From Thermotogota bacterium (GTDB taxonomy: Bacteria; Thermotogota; Thermotogae; Petrotogales; Kosmotogaceae): 11,470 nucleotides of DNA. Shown piece by piece: positions 9,101 to 11,470 of the stretch. Positions within the stretch are counted from its first letter, which is position 1, and every line of letters starts with the position of its first letter. The translations under genes and the position numbers were made by a program. The notes beneath the pieces were generated by a model that searched no databases, was not told where the DNA came from, and was given only the letters and a program-made list of their open reading frames with translations. Location of the stretch: NCBI GenBank assembly GCA_034660555.1, contig JAYEJL010000102.1:1-11470 (forward strand), written 5' to 3'.

Positions 9101-11136
9101 TTTACCTTTCCTCCCTCACTGCCTGCCATTACATAAACAAAGCGATCAGGAAGTTCTGGCACAAAAATAACCGATCTATCATCAAACCCAAGATCTTCAA
9201 TAATGTCTTTATCTGGCAGGTTGTTGACTTCAAATTCTCCACTTTTTTTCTCACTGGTTACATGTAATACGCTATCTGCATTATCCTGTAATCCTCCAGC
9301 TAAACTCAGTAATTTCGCAAAGGTAATATTTTGATTAGAATCAATTTCCACCAGACCAGGGGATTTAACAGCTCCGGTAACATAAAACGTTTTGAAAACA
9401 TTCGGGTAGATAATTACAGAACCAGGTTCAAGTAATACATCATCTTCAATTATTTTTCCCAGTTCTGCTCTGATTTTTGTATCATCAGGCATTAATACCT
9501 CTACAATTTCTTTCGATTCGGGAAACAAAAGGTTACGTTTAGACAGGGCATTTCTTAAAGAAAGCTTCTCATCCTTTGAAAATTCTATCCTGCCACCTTC
9601 ATTTCTTGAAATTAGATAAACAAAACGCTCCTGCATGCGTGATACGAAAACAACATCACCAGGACTCAGTCTAAATTGAGACTCAGCTGCTTCATCGGGA
9701 TCAAAACTATGGGTTTTTCCGTCTGAAACTACTTCAACTTCTCCAGATGTATCATTCAATCCACCTGCTTTTGCAAGCGCAATTCCTAATTCAGGCGATT
9801 CAAAGTCTTCAAAATTTATTGTACCTGGATCTTTTACTTCTCCTAACATGTAAATGAATCGGCTTGTTAATGGTAACTGGACAATGACCCCAGAATTCAA
9901 GGCAATGTCTTCTTCAATTAAACCCTGTGAATCAACTACTTGCTTGCCAGAAGCTTTTCTTACTACTATCTCGAAATTCATCTCGGGATCATATTTACCA
10001 GCTTTTATTAATACATTCTTCAATGTTAACTTTTCGTCAAGACTGAAATCCATTCTTGTTGTTTCTTCAGGTGAAACAAGATACACGTATTTCTCTTCCT
10101 GTCTTGGTATGATTACCGTGTCACCTGATTTTAATTCTGGATCTTTGACTCTCCCTGCAAACAATTCATCAATATTAACAGTGTTCTGAGTATTATTATC
10201 ACTAATGATTATTGCCTCTCCTGAGTGATTTTGCGTTAAACCATCACAATTACCGATCGCTTTCATTAGTGTTAATCCTTTTTTGAATAAAACCACTCCA
10301 GGATTAACCAGTTCGCCAAGTACACGAATAGATTTATTTGAAAGGTCTCCTGCTATTACACTGGATCCTTCTTCTAGCAAAGGATCAGGTATATTACCTT
10401 CAAATATTCTATTTAAATCGTAATTACGTCTCTGTACTGAACCGTTCTTCCTTGTCAATACGGCAATTTCTTCAAGATCAGCTGTTTCCTTCAATCCTCC
10501 AGCTTCAGCAATTACCTGTGTTAGTGTAATACCTTCGTAGTATCTGATTACTCTTGGATTATTGAATTCACCAATAACTCTTATCGATTTCTCGTAAGCA
10601 CTTGGGATAAAAAGGGTTGAACCAGCATTCAAAAGATGATCAGCATTCTCACCCATGCTCTCCACGCCGGAAAGGTCTATGGAAATCTTTTCATTGTTCT
10701 CTTTTATGACAAATGCGTTCGCCGTATCTGCATAATCAGTTAGACCACCCGCTTCAGAAAGTAACCTTGATATAGTTACATTTTCGCGCTCAAGTCTAAA
10801 TGAACCGGGATGATTCACTTCACCCAGAACTGAAAAAATGAAAGGGGCATATTCCATAATTGATACCGTTAGCTGCGGTTTGCTTGCCAGAACTTCTGAA
10901 TACTTTTCAGCCAGAAGTAATTCCAGCTCCGAAAGGCTTTTGCCCTCTGCATAAACCTGACCAATAGGTGATACTGAAATATTTCCATCAGGTCCCACAA
11001 ATGCTTCACTGCTCAACTCACTTCGACCATATATGCTTATTGTTAAGACATCACCACTTCTTATCGCATATGAAGAAAAAACTGTAACAGAGCAAACCAG
11101 CAAAACAAAAGCCATTAGTAACAATTTTAAGCGCAT
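6133..11136 (-). CDS. wza: Very large polysaccharide export (OPX/Wza-like) protein: signal peptide, Poly_export domain, ~19 SLBB beta-grasp repeats and a C-terminal amphipathic helix, 1667 aa
   Basis: Signal peptide MRLKLLLMAFVLLVCSVTVFS. Poly_export signature YAIRSGDVLTISIYG...VGPDGNISVSPIGQVYAEGKSLSELELLL. Repeated V(L/T)GEVxxPG...TLxxAlxxAGG...LxxGxxIxVP units. C-terminal helix NIKEIVSFLGDVLGVVSSGI. AGGAGG RBS at 11143-11148. Confidence 0.93.
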   Translation of the reverse strand: MRLKLLLMAFVLLVCSVTVFSSYAIRSGDVLTISIYGRSELSSEAFVGPDGNISVSPIGQVYAEGKSLSELELLLAEKYSEVLASKPQLTVSIMEYAPFIFSVLGEVNHPGSFRLERENVTISRLLSEAGGLTDYADTANAFVIKENNEKISIDLSGVESMGENADHLLNAGSTLFIPSAYEKSIRVIGEFNNPRVIRYYEGITLTQVIAEAGGLKETADLEEIAVLTRKNGSVQRRNYDLNRIFEGNIPDPLLEEGSSVIAGDLSNKSIRVLGELVNPGVVLFKKGLTLMKAIGNCDGLTQNHSGEAIIISDNNTQNTVNIDELFAGRVKDPELKSGDTVIIPRQEEKYVYLVSPEETTRMDFSLDEKLTLKNVLIKAGKYDPEMNFEIVVRKASGKQVVDSQGLIEEDIALNSGVIVQLPLTSRFIYMLGEVKDPGTINFEDFESPELGIALAKAGGLNDTSGEVEVVSDGKTHSFDPDEAAESQFRLSPGDVVFVSRMQERFVYLISRNEGGRIEFSKDEKLSLRNALSKRNLLFPESKEIVEVLMPDDTKIRAELGKIIEDDVLLEPGSVIIYPNVFKTFYVTGAVKSPGLVEIDSNQNITFAKLLSLAGGLQDNADSVLHVTSEKKSGEFEVNNLPDKDIIEDLGFDDRSVIFVPELPDRFVYVMAGSEGGKVNFSKGERLTLRNTLAKLNLLDVRDSSIITIVDSENNKLMISGKELKEDDIKLENGSIVKYPDAYSELHVLGQVNRPGTISFTNTTPTLLTAISRAGGTKIEADETEVLLINNVSGDSSTTNLKELITKKDDIELLDGTTIYVPRAGEKYIYMVSPEIGGKVTFEPDENMTLKNTLARYNLLNFDSERNITIQRPNGARNEVKVSSLEKTDKELVPGTILIVPELRTKINVLGAVQKPGPVYFEQNEEHSVINALSKAGGLLGNASGVLEITKENEKTTVQLYDIINENIEISISDEMLIYAKSAEGKYIYMITPESGGRINFGPDERLTLRNALAKVDLLTFSSNESIELLLPNGKRTTIKFSALREKDRELEPGTVVICPDTKSKIYVLGAVASPGVKLFPSGNNPTLLEAISDSNGTLPEALKKQVKIITSEGMMKQINLERIYNGLEINPVLEDETMVFVPEYEPIRVSVLGEVNNPKVVAFEKDEEPTILKAIAKSGGLTDKAGEFVKISGSEAEYNWMNLVSVKDIDLKDGMILYVPRQEESFVYVTGEVGRPGIVNFNRFERLTLSAALAKAGDPLKSAGNIVKTVGPDSVINEYEISDIMQGKTITIEPGSTVIVNKGIKKITVLGSVRSPGLLTFSVEEKTSPMHVLGKAGGIVNERAVNKITVKSSDGTTDNYDVDEFMSKEIILGNGDIVFVRPVKEINVSVLGEVKNPGTYIFQSREIPTLGNVISKAGGLLENAKAIKVFSDNDIVKEYSPDVLQSNEQIRLNKDSFIYVVSSNEERIAILGDVNNPGLFSPMSFGRTKTVSELLSEAGGLKTTSGAWISIINASNEVTYNSFSSENMEILSKKIVPGSTIYVRSAPLKVYVFGAVKNPGAIDYLPEMTVIEAILSAGGFTADAKSSNTLVFKGDYTEKTPDFTTVDLSVKPLLKSKVDTNIYLEPNFVVYVPQTLYVNIKEIVSFLGDVLGVVSSGINIGVNINGE
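6238..10843 (-). repeat. Protein-level tandem array of ~19 SLBB/beta-grasp units of ~80 aa (14 canonical, 5 variant)
   Basis: Counted by eye from the translation, using the GxVxxPG / AGG / terminal LxxGxxIxVP motifs. The units are too diverged to appear as exact DNA repeats. Confidence 0.8.
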
Positions 11137-11142
11137 AAAACC

Positions 11143-11148
11143 CCTCCT
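11143..11148 (-). promoter_or_regulatory. Shine-Dalgarno site (AGGAGG) for the OPX gene
   Basis: Minus strand reads ttAGGAGGggttttATG, 6-nt spacing. Confidence 0.85.
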
Positions 11149-11176
11149 AACCCAAATTTGTTAAGTGGTTATACAA

Positions 11177-11470
11177 TCAATAGAAATTTTTCAAAACATC
11201 TGCACATCTTCCGCAGATGTCTTTATATTGCTCGTCTTTTCCTACATCAGTAGAGTACTTCCAGCATCTTTCGCATTTTTCCCCTTCAGCTTTCTTAACT
11301 ACAACATCAACGGTTTGACCTTTATGAATGTTGTCTGCTTCTATTTTACTATCAATTTCTACCTGAGAAACAATAAAGAAATCTTCCAAAATCTGTTTGT
11401 ATAATTCTTCAAAAGTTCCTCTGTGCCTTTATTTTCAGGTCTCAAGATTACTCTTGCGTCAAGAGAATTG
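11177..11470 (-). CDS. ileS: Isoleucyl-tRNA synthetase (type 1), C-terminal part with the zinc finger; 5' partial, with an apparent frameshift near 11400
   Basis: [11 protein letters not shown]...[17 protein letters not shown]...ICGRCADVL is the IleRS anticodon-domain end plus the C4 zinc finger (zf-FPG_IleRS). The upstream IleRS-like segment [23 protein letters not shown] (11469-11401) is in a different frame. Confidence 0.9.

Noticed and set aside
6575..10529. Ten short ORFs overlapping the OPX gene on either strand
   Set aside because: Antisense or out-of-frame shadows; their recurring PPA/SP motifs simply mirror the AGG/GE codons of the SLBB repeats.
11177..11389. 70-aa TTG-initiated ORF as an independent zinc-finger protein
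   Set aside because: It is the IleRS C-terminus; IleRS-like sequence continues upstream in another frame and there is no well-spaced RBS.
11165..11404. 79-aa plus-strand ORF
   Set aside because: Antisense to the ileS 3' end, with no supporting features.
1..11470. CRISPR array, tRNA/rRNA, IS element or prophage
   Set aside because: No regularly spaced DNA repeats, RNA gene signatures, transposase/integrase ORFs or terminal inverted repeats were seen; nearly all sequence is accounted for by coding or pseudogene DNA.

Overview
AT-rich bacterial window with all genes on the minus strand, tightly packed like one operon. In transcription order: (1) the 3' end of isoleucyl-tRNA synthetase (ileS), which shows an apparent frameshift near 11400; (2) a 1667-aa Wza/OPX-type polysaccharide export protein with one Poly_export domain and about 19 SLBB/beta-grasp repeats, including an alternating A/B block; (3) a CpsB/CapC-type PHP tyrosine phosphatase; (4) a single-chain Wzc-type co-polymerase/BY-kinase with a Tyr7 tail; (5) a heavily decayed ZIP (ZupT/GufA-like) metal-transporter pseudogene; (6) a >807-aa O-antigen ligase/Wzy_C-family membrane protein with a large C-terminal soluble domain, which is absent from the ORF track and runs off the left edge. 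Gene content and protein style suggest Thermotogota (inference only). The most notable signals are the very long OPX protein, which could span an unusually wide periplasm, the PglL/WaaL-like transferase, the ZIP pseudogene inside the operon, and the broken ileS frame.
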